NCBI GenBank assembly: GCA_038321615.1
Contig: JBBQFC010000004.1
Coordinates: 12,768 to 76,767, forward strand
Length of the DNA: 64,000 nt
Reading direction: 5' to 3'
Origin: Flavobacteriales bacterium
GTDB lineage: Bacteria > Bacteroidota > Bacteroidia > Flavobacteriales_D > Cryomorphaceae
Shown here one piece after another: positions 10,684 to 20,367 of the stretch. A model generated the notes under the pieces. It saw only the letters and a list, made by a program, of their open reading frames with translations. It did not search any database and was not told the DNA's origin. Within the stretch, counting starts at the first letter, position 1; each line of letters starts with the position of its first letter. The position numbers were made by a program, and so were the translations under genes.

Positions 10684-12957
10684 ATGAAACTACTCTTGAC
10701 CTTTTTAACATCCCTACTTACTGGCGTAACCGTGATGGCCCAAATAAGCCATGGAGGCGAGCCGTACAATTGGAAAAACAGAAATCACTCTGAAGTGGGT
10801 TTTTACAGCCTGCCCGCGCAAAATATCGAAGCCTTGCGCCAAGAAGACGAGCAGGTAGATCCGTTGAAAAACAGCCCTTATCGCTTTGGCGCCAACGTAG
10901 CTGTGGATTTAGATGTCAATAACTCCGGCTCTTGGACCTATTTGCCAAATGGCGACCGCATATGGCGAATTGGCATCAATAGTTCAGGTGCCACGAGTCT
11001 GAATTTCGTATTCGACCAATATCAACTGCCGGAAGATGGGCGGGTTTTTGTTTACGCGGCCGATGGAAGCCAATTGATAGGTTCTTTCACTTCCGAAAAT
11101 GCGAGCCAGGTCGGTTCGCTCGGTGTGGGTCTTATTTTCTCCAATGCGATCGTTATCGAATACCATGAGCCGGAAGCTGCGATTGGAACCGGTTACCTAC
11201 ATATTGACAATGTTACACATGGCTATCGGTCGGCGCTAGGGGGCATTGAATCTACTTTGGAAAAGGCAGGTCCATTTGGAAATTCTGGATCATGCAACAT
11301 CAATGTGAATTGTCCTGAAGGCCTTCCCTATGGAATACAAAAACGCAGCGTAGCAGTAATTGTGGTTGGTAATAGTGGAATCTGTACTGGAGCTTTGGTC
11401 AATAATACTGCTCAGGACAACAAGCCGTACTTCCTAACAGCCAATCACTGCACTCCGGGCAACAATCAGATTCAAAACTGGGTGTTCTACTTCAACCACG
11501 ATGCCGCAGCGTGCAACGGAAATACTGGGCCTACCAATCAAAGCGTATCGGGGGCTACGGTCAGAGCCAAAAATCTATTGAGCGACTTCGCTTTGGTAGA
11601 AATGAATAACCCTGTGCCACCGAGCTACAATGCCTGCTATTCCGGCTGGGATGCTACCGATTCGCAAAGCAGCGTTTCGTCGGCCTATGGCATACACCAT
11701 CCAGGTGGAGATGTGAAGAAAATTTGTTTTGAAAACAATGCACCTTACCACCAATCTTTAGGCGGTTTTGCTTCCGAAGTATGGTACATCGATGAATGGG
11801 AACTTGGAGTTACCGAAGGTGGTTCTAGTGGATCGCCCCTCTTTAATCAATCGGGCGCAATCATTGGCCAATTGGCCGGTGGAGCTGCTGCTTGCAACGG
11901 GAGTGTAAACAATGGTCTGTTTGACTTTTACGGCCGCATCGGAGTGTCGTGGAATACTGGTAGTACTTCGACTACCCGCTTAAGAGATTGGCTGGATCCG
12001 GGAAATACTGGGAACCTTATCCTGTCAAACAGCTGTTCTGCGTCCTTGCCGGCAAATGAAATTACACTTGGAGCCTTTGGCAATGAAGAAACCATTTATT
12101 GCTCCCTGGTCGAATACAATCAATCGATCACCGTGTTTAATACAGGCTCAAATGTTGTAACAAGTTTAACAGGCACCGTGACTTTCAATGGCTCGAGCCA
12201 ACCCCTTAATTGGACTGGCAATTTAGCCGTAGGTGGAGCGACCACAATTAATCTTGGGCTATTTACCCTTCAAGGAGGAATCAATAGCCTGGTGGTAAAC
12301 ATTCCAACCGTAAACGGAATGGCTGACCCTATTCCAGCTGGCAATTTAAAAACGCAGAATGTAACATTTGGAGAAAATCCTGTAACCGTGACCCTAACTA
12401 TCAATTTTGATGATTTTCCCGATGAGACTTCGTGGGAGATCGTTAATGCCAGCGGAACGGTGATATATTCCGGTGGTATATACAGCGAAGATGAATTGCT
12501 ACTTAATCTAACCTTATGTTTAAACGAAGGTTGCTACACCTTCGTAATGGAAGACAATTTTGGAGATGGCATTTGCTGTCAGTACGGAAATGGATTCTAT
12601 TCCTTAACCGATGCCACAGGAACCACACTCGCAAGTGGTGGAGAATTTGAGGATATTGAAGAAACCGCGTTCTGCGTGCAGTCGCTGAGCGTGAACTCAA
12701 GGGAATTGGCACAAGAATGGTCGATCTTTCCCAATCCTGCCCGAACGGAGATTCAAATTACTACATCAACAGATCTGGCTGTAAAATCCCTGCGCGTATT
12801 CGATCCGACCGGGCGTGCCATTGGTTCGGCAACAGGATCAACTCTGCAATCGGGCAATAGCCGAATGGATATTAGTGCGTGGCCGTCGGGAATTTATATT
12901 GTTCAGATAGAAACCGTTTTTGGACTCTCGAGCCGCAAATTGGTGGTGACGAAATAA
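10684..12957 (+). CDS. Secreted trypsin-fold (S1, lysyl-endopeptidase-like) serine protease with T9SS type-A C-terminal domain
   Basis: Catalytic His in LTANHC, Asp in SDFALVE, Ser in EGGSSGSPLF. Signal peptide MKLLLTFLTSLLTGVTVMAQ. A Cys-rich module follows (FPDETSWEI...CYTFVMEDNFGDGICC). C-terminal sorting domain WSIFPNPARTEIQI...SGIYIVQIET...KLVVTK. Confidence 0.85.
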   Translation: MKLLLTFLTSLLTGVTVMAQISHGGEPYNWKNRNHSEVGFYSLPAQNIEALRQEDEQVDPLKNSPYRFGANVAVDLDVNNSGSWTYLPNGDRIWRIGINSSGATSLNFVFDQYQLPEDGRVFVYAADGSQLIGSFTSENASQVGSLGVGLIFSNAIVIEYHEPEAAIGTGYLHIDNVTHGYRSALGGIESTLEKAGPFGNSGSCNINVNCPEGLPYGIQKRSVAVIVVGNSGICTGALVNNTAQDNKPYFLTANHCTPGNNQIQNWVFYFNHDAAACNGNTGPTNQSVSGATVRAKNLLSDFALVEMNNPVPPSYNACYSGWDATDSQSSVSSAYGIHHPGGDVKKICFENNAPYHQSLGGFASEVWYIDEWELGVTEGGSSGSPLFNQSGAIIGQLAGGAAACNGSVNNGLFDFYGRIGVSWNTGSTSTTRLRDWLDPGNTGNLILSNSCSASLPANEITLGAFGNEETIYCSLVEYNQSITVFNTGSNVVTSLTGTVTFNGSSQPLNWTGNLAVGGATTINLGLFTLQGGINSLVVNIPTVNGMADPIPAGNLKTQNVTFGENPVTVTLTINFDDFPDETSWEIVNASGTVIYSGGIYSEDELLLNLTLCLNEGCYTFVMEDNFGDGICCQYGNGFYSLTDATGTTLASGGEFEDIEETAFCVQSLSVNSRELAQEWSIFPNPARTEIQITTSTDLAVKSLRVFDPTGRAIGSATGSTLQSGNSRMDISAWPSGIYIVQIETVFGLSSRKLVVTK

Positions 12958-12981
12958 GTACTTCCCGCGCTTTAAGATTTC

Positions 12982-13018
12982 AATCCCCGATCTATGCAGA
13001 TCGGGGATTTTTGTTTTT
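12982..13018 (+). terminator. Intrinsic terminator after the protease gene
   Basis: 12-bp perfect stem AATCCCCGATCT/AGATCGGGGATT, loop ATGC, then TTTTGTTTTT. Confidence 0.8.
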
Positions 13019-13069
13019 AGGTCATAGTTCGCGACAATCTATGGTGTTCGAGCGGAGTCGGGAACCTTT

Positions 13070-15154
13070 CTAATAATTCCCAGATCGCTTGCGGATAAAC
13101 CACTCAGCGCTCAATCCCAAGATGAGCAAAACAAGTGGCCAAAAAAGGTTGAGCATGCTCGACAGCTTTTCGGTGCTAAAGCTTACAGGTTGTATCCGAT
13201 CGGATGCAGCAATGGCTTCAGCCATTTCGTCTATTTCACTGGGATAATATAGCTCGCCGCCTGTAGATTGTGATAGGGTGTATAGTAATTGATGGTCGGC
13301 ACGAAGCCGGGCTGCTTCAATAGCAAAGGGCCTGATCGTAAAACTGCCGCCATCGGAGAGTGGCCGGCCATCGCGATTAGTGCGGGCCGCAAAGGTGTAG
13401 GTGCCCACCGGAAGCATTCCAGCGTCGAGGCGATAAGCAGTTTCGGTGCGGGAAAAGTTGAAATTATACGTCTTATCTTCTTCATCGGTAAAATCTACAG
13501 TCACCTCGGCGTCGTTGACCGGCGAATATGCTGCATCGTACAACTCGGCGCTGAGTACTATGCGTTCGTTTTGCATAAGGTCGCGCGGAGCTTGCACTCG
13601 AAAAAGCCTTTTATCTTGCTTGAGAGAGAGGTATTGAATGATCTGCCCGATGAACCCATCGAAAATCTCATGGTTTTCATTTCTGGCAAAGTCCGCCAAT
13701 CGCCAACGCCAAATGCCCTCCCCTAGCAAGGTCGCATTTTTCCGGTCGTCGTAGGTCGTGAAAACCAAAAGTGGGTCGTCGGTAGCTATTTTGCCGACCT
13801 GTTGCTTTAGGAAAATGCTGGCACTGCCGGGCAATCGCCATGTGCCGAAAGGCACGCGCAGTGGCGGTGCATCTGCCAATAGCTCACTAATTCGGTCATT
13901 GGGTTGAAACAGCGTGAACGATTTATTCAATCCAGCTTTGACATCATTCACAGCATTTCTGCTTCCAGCCAGCGAAATACCGATACCTATCTCGGTCAAC
14001 CCGCGCAAATCGGAGTCGGCGCCGATGATCTCAAAAATAGGTTTTTTGGCTTGTACTATTGCAAGGCGGATTGCTCGATCATCGCTTAGTGAAGGTAATT
14101 GATGGAGCACCACCAGGTCATACTCCGACAAATTCGGAACCCCGTCGGCAGCGAAATGCACGGCTACTTCGTAATTTTCGTTACCCCCGATGGCGCTGCG
14201 TATAGCGAATACATCGGGGTGCGGAGCAGCAGAAAGAATTAGAACCTTTTGCCGGCTGTCAATAACATCAATAAATACCAGGCTCACATTATTGGCTAGG
14301 GTTTGTTCGCCCGAAACACTATTTAACCGCAGGGTATAGCGTTGCACGCCAGGCTTGTCGGCTTTGAGCAAGAAGCGGACTACCTTCTCATCGTCGGCAT
14401 TGCTGGGGGTGAATGTCCCTCGCTCCAGCACTTGGCCGTCTTTCTCGATTTGATAGTTCAGATTTTCACCTCGGAGTTCTATCCCACGAAACACAGCTTC
14501 TACAGGAAATGTATTCCCCAAAAAGGCGATTCGGTTAGCAGCCACTTCACTGATTAAGGCATCGCGGCGGGGAGTAGTATCGCCCAATGCTATGCTGTAA
14601 ATCGGCGCACCTAAACCTCCTGTGTCATATCGCGGATTGCTCCCGCGATTGTAAATTCCATCGCTCATCAATACCACGGCACCTAGATTTCGGTTGGTAT
14701 ATCTGGCCTTCAGCGACTCCATGAGCTCCGAAATATTCGTCACTTCGTCTTTGAAATCAGCCCCTATTCCTTCGCGCACGGAAGCTCCGAAACTATACGG
14801 CACTACTTCGTACTTCTCCCCGACCTTACTATTCAGCGCATCGGCGGTGCGCTGCACCAAAGCTGCTACCTCAGCCGAGTCGCTATTGAGCGTAAGAGAA
14901 GACGATTGATCGACCGCCAGGACAATTACGGGTGGTTCGATCTCCGTATTCACTTTTCGCAGTAGCGGGCCCAGAAGCAGAAAAACGAGTAGCGCGACTA
15001 CTGTAAAACGCAGTGCTGCTAAGCTAAAAAGAGTTGTTCGGGACCACGACTTCCCTTTGGAATTTTGGAAATAGAGCAAAGCCCCAAAGGCCAAGCCAAC
15101 CAAGGGGCAAAAAATAACGAACCATGTGGGGTATTCTAAGAGCAGATTTTTCAC
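13070..15154 (-). CDS. vWA-domain membrane protein (BatA-like N-terminal double-TM region)
   Basis: Two N-terminal TM helices, MIDAS motif VLAVDQSSSL (DxSxS), C-terminal TM anchor. Start is 2 nt after the fabG stop. Confidence 0.6.
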   Translation of the reverse strand: MKNLLLEYPTWFVIFCPLVGLAFGALLYFQNSKGKSWSRTTLFSLAALRFTVVALLVFLLLGPLLRKVNTEIEPPVIVLAVDQSSSLTLNSDSAEVAALVQRTADALNSKVGEKYEVVPYSFGASVREGIGADFKDEVTNISELMESLKARYTNRNLGAVVLMSDGIYNRGSNPRYDTGGLGAPIYSIALGDTTPRRDALISEVAANRIAFLGNTFPVEAVFRGIELRGENLNYQIEKDGQVLERGTFTPSNADDEKVVRFLLKADKPGVQRYTLRLNSVSGEQTLANNVSLVFIDVIDSRQKVLILSAAPHPDVFAIRSAIGGNENYEVAVHFAADGVPNLSEYDLVVLHQLPSLSDDRAIRLAIVQAKKPIFEIIGADSDLRGLTEIGIGISLAGSRNAVNDVKAGLNKSFTLFQPNDRISELLADAPPLRVPFGTWRLPGSASIFLKQQVGKIATDDPLLVFTTYDDRKNATLLGEGIWRWRLADFARNENHEIFDGFIGQIIQYLSLKQDKRLFRVQAPRDLMQNERIVLSAELYDAAYSPVNDAEVTVDFTDEEDKTYNFNFSRTETAYRLDAGMLPVGTYTFAARTNRDGRPLSDGGSFTIRPFAIEAARLRADHQLLYTLSQSTGGELYYPSEIDEMAEAIAASDRIQPVSFSTEKLSSMLNLFWPLVLLILGLSAEWFIRKRSGNY

Positions 15155-15156
15155 GA

Positions 15157-15903
15157 TTAGGTGAGCATACCCCCATCTACATTAATGGTCTGACCGGTGA
15201 TGTACGCGCTCATATCCGACGCGAGAAATAAACAAAGATTGGCTACATCGTCGGGAGTTCCTCCACGCCTTAGCGGAATGGCTTCTCGCCATTCCTGAAC
15301 GGTTTTCTCATCGAGCGCTCCAGTCATTTCGGTTTCGATAAAGCCTGGTGCTACCGCATTACAGCGTATGTTTCGAGAGCCCAGCTCCAAAGCCACCGAC
15401 TTGGTAAAGCCCAGAATACCTGCCTTCGAAGCTGCATAGTTGGCTTGGCCAGCATTGCCCTTTACTCCTACCACCGAACTCATGTTGATTATGGATCCTG
15501 AACGCGCTTTGAGCATCGGTTTGAGCACGGCCTTGGTAAGATTGAAAACCGATTTAAGGTTTACGGCCATCACTTCATCCCATTGTGCTTCGCTCATGCG
15601 CATTAACAAGGTGTCGCGCGTAATTCCCGCATTGTTGACGAGTATATCGATGGTGCCGTATTCCGCTATTACTTGATCTACAAAGCCTTGGGCAGCATTA
15701 AAATCGCCGGCGTCGCTCTTGTAACCTTTGGACTTTCCCCCTGAAGTGCTCAATTCGGCTTCGAGTGAACGGGCTTTTTCGTCGGAGCTCATATAGGTGA
15801 AACAAACAGTTGCGCCGTGATTGACAAAATGCTGGGCTATGGCTTTCCCGATACCGCGAGAAGCTCCGGTAATAATGGCTACTTTGTTTTCGAGTAGTTT
15901 CAT
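15157..15903 (-). CDS. fabG: 3-oxoacyl-[ACP] reductase FabG (SDR family)
   Basis: Cofactor motif ITGASRGIGKAIA, NNAG, and catalytic S...YAASKAG. 248 aa. Confidence 0.9.
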   Translation of the reverse strand: MKLLENKVAIITGASRGIGKAIAQHFVNHGATVCFTYMSSDEKARSLEAELSTSGGKSKGYKSDAGDFNAAQGFVDQVIAEYGTIDILVNNAGITRDTLLMRMSEAQWDEVMAVNLKSVFNLTKAVLKPMLKARSGSIINMSSVVGVKGNAGQANYAASKAGILGFTKSVALELGSRNIRCNAVAPGFIETEMTGALDEKTVQEWREAIPLRRGGTPDDVANLCLFLASDMSAYITGQTINVDGGMLT

Positions 15904-15922
15904 TTAAGTTCTATTGCAACGG

Positions 15923-15930
15923 CAAAGTTA
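15923..15930 (-). promoter_or_regulatory. -7 promoter box TAacTTTG, 19 nt upstream of the fabG ATG
   Basis: Minus strand reads TAACTTTG-N19-ATG. Confidence 0.45.
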
Positions 15931-16105
15931 AAAACTAGAACATATAAAGTTGAACTCAAAATTCGAAGGGCTGTTGATCACTAAGGAGTAGAAATGAGAC
16001 ACGGATTGAGCAACAATCCCATTTGGGGATACAACTTCCTTCGGAGTAATTAGAAAATTGTAACCTTGAGACGTTTTTCGCACTCTACTTTATAAAACCT
16101 ACCTC

Positions 16106-16891
16106 ATGAGAACCCTTACCTTCCTTGTGCTACTTTTCTCTTCGTTCCAAAATTTTGCTCAAATCATTCCCAACGCCGATTTTGAAGAATGGGAATTTTC
16201 AGGTTGGAATCTGAACCCAGCAGGTTGGATCACAAGCAATTTGCAATCGTTCGAGCCCGTAACCCAAATAGACGATGCCTATAGCGGAGACTATGCCATG
16301 CAAGTAGAAGCTTTGGTTCTTCCTTTGGGCCAATATGGCGAAGCCAAAACGACCTTCCCCATAAGTTTTATTCCCGCCAGTTTGAATTTCGCCGTCCGAA
16401 CAGAACTTGCTTTCGGTGCCGTACAAGTTCGTATGACTTTCTATAATCAGGAAAACGAAATAACGAGCTACACTTGGTTTAGCTCAGAAGAATTTGTCGA
16501 GTGGACGCCTGTGAGCCTGGAAATGATCCAAATTGAGCCGATCATTACGCACGCGGAAATAGCGGTCATTGCCGAAGTAGGCGATCTGATTGCAGGAACA
16601 GCAATAATCCAGATTGATTCACTCTATTTCAATTTCAAACTTAGCGCAGCAGAGCGAAGCAACTTTACTATGGAAATGTATCCAAATCCGGCATCTGAAA
16701 ATTTCGTCATAAGCAATTTGTCGGCGTCGGCAGAGATCCGTCTTTACAGCTTGGACGGAAAGCTATTGAGGCAACAACAAATTCAAACTTCAAATCGGAT
16801 GGATGTCTCCGATTTGAATTCAGGTATTTACGTCGTTCGTGCGCAAGATGGTAGTAACACCACCTATAGAAAGTTAGTGGTAGCTCGCTAA
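16106..16891 (+). CDS. Secreted protein of unknown function with T9SS type-A C-terminal sorting domain
   Basis: Signal peptide MRTLTFLVLLFSSFQNFAQ. C-terminus MEMYPNPASENFVI...SGIYVVRAQDG...RKLVVAR. Confidence 0.75.
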   Translation: MRTLTFLVLLFSSFQNFAQIIPNADFEEWEFSGWNLNPAGWITSNLQSFEPVTQIDDAYSGDYAMQVEALVLPLGQYGEAKTTFPISFIPASLNFAVRTELAFGAVQVRMTFYNQENEITSYTWFSSEEFVEWTPVSLEMIQIEPIITHAEIAVIAEVGDLIAGTAIIQIDSLYFNFKLSAAERSNFTMEMYPNPASENFVISNLSASAEIRLYSLDGKLLRQQQIQTSNRMDVSDLNSGIYVVRAQDGSNTTYRKLVVAR

Positions 16892-16928
16892 TCCGGAGCT
16901 CCTTTTAGTCGGAGCATCCGCTCCTTTA

Positions 16929-17405
16929 CTAATTTAAATTTAGTTCCGCAGGCCAGTTGATAGTGTCTTCATCGCTGAAATAAGGTCCCCATTGCACTTC
17001 CGTAATGGCGCCGCCTTCAAGCCAAATGAGCATTTCAAATTCTTCGGCTTCCACAATTTCTAGGCTCTCTTCGCCCGATTCTACCACTTCGGTATGAATT
17101 TCGGAAGCGCCGTGTTTTTTGAGAATATCGAGCAATTCTTCTCTGTTCAAAGCCTTGATGAGCACGCCGAACAATTCGATTTCGTCATCGGCCGAAACAA
17201 TCGTGGTTAACCGCCATTCTTCCAACTCATCGAATGTGAGCGATAGGTCGAGCTCGTCGTAATGCCAATATTCCAAATCTTCCGACTCTTCGTCGCGTTC
17301 GATCTCATCGGGCTCACCGAGTGCAGCGCGCACCTGAAAGCGGTTCATGCCAAATCGCAAAGAACCAAATCCTTCGCCGGGTAAAATATGTTTCATGTTT
17401 TCCAT
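16929..17405 (-). CDS. Hypothetical strongly acidic cytoplasmic protein
   Basis: 158 aa, Glu/Asp-rich, no signal peptide. 13-nt overlap with the upstream ORF. Confidence 0.5.
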   Translation of the reverse strand: MENMKHILPGEGFGSLRFGMNRFQVRAALGEPDEIERDEESEDLEYWHYDELDLSLTFDELEEWRLTTIVSADDEIELFGVLIKALNREELLDILKKHGASEIHTEVVESGEESLEIVEAEEFEMLIWLEGGAITEVQWGPYFSDEDTINWPAELNLN

Positions 17406-17857
17406 TTTCTTGTTTTGTTATCTAAGACCACCCCCGGCGCCAACAATGCTTCGCGCATCGCTGTCATCAAAGCACATTGATCCACCTGCCATAAAGTTGA
17501 CGGCCTGACGTACCGGATGTTTTGGGTGCCGCAAGAGCGACTCTGATAGATTCTATAAAAATCTTGACTTGGCATAGCCCAGCGCGGATGTCGAGCCATT
17601 GCAGATGAACATGCAGTAGCGTATGCGCCGAGTAGGTCTATGCTAGTTAGAGATTGTGGGCCTGTGCGAAGCATCACTGACTCTTCGGTTCCAATTTCAC
17701 CTTGCATCTCTGCGGCATACCGATCTATGTCTGGTTGCCACATTAAATATCTGGTATCTAAAGATTTGGCGAATAAAGAGAACCCTGCAAATACGGCAAT
17801 CAGCACGAATGCTGTTCGAAGACTTGGATGCTTTAATGCTGAAAAAAGGAAGGGCAT
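17393..17857 (-). CDS. Hypothetical N-terminally membrane-anchored protein
   Basis: 154 aa with hydrophobic segment AFVLIAVFAGFSLFA. A TAaaTTTG box lies 19 nt upstream. Confidence 0.45.
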   Translation of the reverse strand: MPFLFSALKHPSLRTAFVLIAVFAGFSLFAKSLDTRYLMWQPDIDRYAAEMQGEIGTEESVMLRTGPQSLTSIDLLGAYATACSSAMARHPRWAMPSQDFYRIYQSRSCGTQNIRYVRPSTLWQVDQCALMTAMREALLAPGVVLDNKTRKWKT

Positions 17858-17876
17858 CGGGACAACTAATTTGCTC

Positions 17877-17884
17877 CAAATTTA
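17877..17884 (-). promoter_or_regulatory. -7 promoter box TAaaTTTG upstream of ORF 17393..17857
   Basis: Plus strand reads CAAATTTA. 19 nt lie between the box and ATG 17857. Confidence 0.35.
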
Positions 17885-17952
17885 ATCATTGCCTCAAACC
17901 TATGCGAAAAAAGCGCGTCGAAGAAAATTACGAGAGAATACAGTCTTAAACA

Positions 17953-17990
17953 AGGAAAACGGTCGCATAGCTCCGACCGTTTTCCTTTTA
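17953..17990 (+). terminator. Strong intrinsic-terminator-like hairpin with no annotated upstream plus-strand gene
   Basis: 13-bp perfect stem AGGAAAACGGTCG/CGACCGTTTTCCT with an 8-nt loop. The stem runs into TTTTATT. Confidence 0.5.
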
Positions 17991-18173
17991 TTCACTGTTG
18001 AAGATAACTAAACCAAGTCAAATGTATGGCGGCTAAAAGTAGAGTGCAAGCTGTGATCAAAGGCGTAACAGTTTATTCACATTGAATAATGTTGCTAAGT
18101 CGATTTGTTCGAAAAAAATCATTGCGCCTAGTCTTATTATCGCCTACTTTCGTTCCTGCACAAAATTTGACCG

Positions 18174-18950
18174 GTGGAAGTGACAGCGAGTTTAGCCCCT
18201 ATTATCGAAGTTATCGAGCAAGCCTATGAAATACCCCAATTGGGGCGACGCCGAAGAATCTCTGCCCTCCTACCCCACGATTATTATACCAGCGGAAAGA
18301 CCTATCCGGTACTTTACCTCAACGATGGTCAAAATCTTTTTGATGAGCATGCACCATTTGGAAACTGGGCTATAGATAAAGGCCTGGAGCGCTTGGCTTT
18401 CGAAGGCCACGCCAACCTTATAGTCATTGCCATTGATCATGGAGGTATCGATCGAATCACGGAGTATATGCCTTATTTCAATGCCCGTTTTGGCAAAGCC
18501 CAAGGTAAATTATATCTCCGTTTCCTGGAAGAAACGCTCATTCCGTATGTCAACAAGAAGTATCGAACCATAGCGAAGAGCGAAGCCACTGGCATTGGTG
18601 GAAGCTCCATGGGCGGACTTATAAGTCTATATGCTGGTCTGAATCACCAGCGGACATTTGGTAAAACGCTCATTTTTTCCCCAAGTCTCTGGATCGCTCC
18701 TAAAATTTTTCAACAAGCGGAAAACTTCCGGCCCGATATGCCTATGCGTATGTATATCTATGCTGGAGGCAAAGAAAGCGCGAACCACATGGCCAATGTA
18801 TTGCGCTTCAAGCACACCCTACTTAGCGGTTATAAAAACTTGACCAATATGCAGGTACACGTAGCATTAAACCCAGAAGGTACCCATAGCGAAGGTTTTT
18901 GGCGCGATGAGTTCCCAACGGCAGTAAAATGGTTATATTTCCAGTTTTAG
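18174..18950 (+). CDS. Alpha/beta hydrolase, 'putative esterase' (esterase D / IroE-like) family
   Basis: Nucleophile elbow GIGGSSMGG, family-typical YPVLYLNDGQNLF, late His (EGTHSEGFW). GTG start. Confidence 0.75.
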   Translation: MEVTASLAPIIEVIEQAYEIPQLGRRRRISALLPHDYYTSGKTYPVLYLNDGQNLFDEHAPFGNWAIDKGLERLAFEGHANLIVIAIDHGGIDRITEYMPYFNARFGKAQGKLYLRFLEETLIPYVNKKYRTIAKSEATGIGGSSMGGLISLYAGLNHQRTFGKTLIFSPSLWIAPKIFQQAENFRPDMPMRMYIYAGGKESANHMANVLRFKHTLLSGYKNLTNMQVHVALNPEGTHSEGFWRDEFPTAVKWLYFQF

Positions 18951-18967
18951 CTTATTTCCCCACTACT

Positions 18968-20359
18968 ATGGACGTTCAAATAGCCGACAAAAAGGCAACT
19001 TCTGAATTCACGATTAAACCTTTCATCGCAGATAGCAAGGAAGCTCAAGGACAAGAACTTCCGAACATCGGCGAATGGCTCATCGAACGCGAAGGAAAAA
19101 CCGCCACGCTTCACTTCGGAGTAGATTCCACCTGGTCAGAGCAGAAAATGGCGGAGCAGTTTCGCTTACTTGCCCAAAAAACAGAAAAATACTGGGGCGC
19201 GAAACCACATCTAGATTTAAGTAAAGTAGATGCTTACGCCTTACCAATTATTCGCGGGCTAAACATGAACGGTTATACCCAGGCGATGCTTAAGCCTCAG
19301 AAAACAAAACTCAAAACCACTTTATCTCTTGTTGGTAAAGTCGATGCAAAACTATTGGCGGAAGCCAAAGCCGAAGCAGAAGTGCAGCTTTGGGCCATGA
19401 CACTGGTAGATCTGCCACCTGAGCGCAAAACTCCGGAAATAATTGCGGCGAAAACCCGTGAAATGGCCAAGAAATATGGCTTGCAATGCGAGGTGTGGAA
19501 TAAAGATCACATAGTGAAAGCGGGTATGAACGCCCTTTATGCCGTAGGTCGGGGCAGTGTTAATCCGCCTGTATTAATCATTTTGCATTATAAAGGAAAG
19601 CCCGACTCAGAACAAACCGACGTTGTATTTGTAGGCAAGGGTATAACCTTCGACACGGGTGGTATATCGATTAAGCCTTCCGATAACCTTCATTACATGA
19701 AGAGCGATATGGCCGGAGCGGCGGCTGCACTCGGGGCAGTGCAGCTAGCGGCGAGGCTGAAACTCCCCATCAACGTTTCGGCTGTGGTACCATCAGCCGA
19801 AAATAGTGTTGGCGCAAATGCGCTGTTGCCCGGCGAAGTAATCAAATCTTATTCGGGGAAGACCATTGAAATCATCAACACCGATGCAGAAGGCCGCCTG
19901 GTGCTTGCCGACGCTATTGCTTGGGTTAAAAAAACGATTGATCCAGCAGTGATGATCGACTTGGCCACACTCACCGGAAGTGCGGTAAGAGCATTGGGTT
20001 ACGAAGCCGCCGCGCTATACAGTGATAATGAAAAATTAAGGAATCTACTTTATGATTGCGGCCAAGAAACCGGCGAAAAGCTCTGGCCTATGCCGCTTTG
20101 GAAAGACTACGATTATTACCTCCATAGCGACGTGGCCGACGTGGCTAATCTACCATCGACCCCTCTGGCAGGAACTATTGCTGCCGCTAAATTCTTACAG
20201 GTTTTTACAGATAAGCATAGCGCTTGGGCACATATTGATATGCCGGGGGTTGCTTTTCGCGACAGCCCCTTCTTTAAGACCAAATCGGCCACCGGTTATG
20301 GTGTACAATTATTGGGTTGTTTCATAAAAAAACTAGCAGCAAAATCTCATAAATTCTAA
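18968..20359 (+). CDS. pepA: Leucyl aminopeptidase (M17 family)
   Basis: M17 signatures VGKGITFDTGGISIKP and NTDAEGRLVLAD. Start placed at ATG 18968 (MDVQIADKK). Confidence 0.9.
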   Translation: MDVQIADKKATSEFTIKPFIADSKEAQGQELPNIGEWLIEREGKTATLHFGVDSTWSEQKMAEQFRLLAQKTEKYWGAKPHLDLSKVDAYALPIIRGLNMNGYTQAMLKPQKTKLKTTLSLVGKVDAKLLAEAKAEAEVQLWAMTLVDLPPERKTPEIIAAKTREMAKKYGLQCEVWNKDHIVKAGMNALYAVGRGSVNPPVLIILHYKGKPDSEQTDVVFVGKGITFDTGGISIKPSDNLHYMKSDMAGAAAALGAVQLAARLKLPINVSAVVPSAENSVGANALLPGEVIKSYSGKTIEIINTDAEGRLVLADAIAWVKKTIDPAVMIDLATLTGSAVRALGYEAAALYSDNEKLRNLLYDCGQETGEKLWPMPLWKDYDYYLHSDVADVANLPSTPLAGTIAAAKFLQVFTDKHSAWAHIDMPGVAFRDSPFFKTKSATGYGVQLLGCFIKKLAAKSHKF

Positions 20360-20367
20360 GCATTCTC

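Noticed and set aside
16895-16924. Terminator between the convergent genes 16106..16891 and 16929..17405
   Set aside because: Only 5-bp stems are present (GGAGC-ATCC-GCTCC) with a weak T tract. That is not convincing enough to call.
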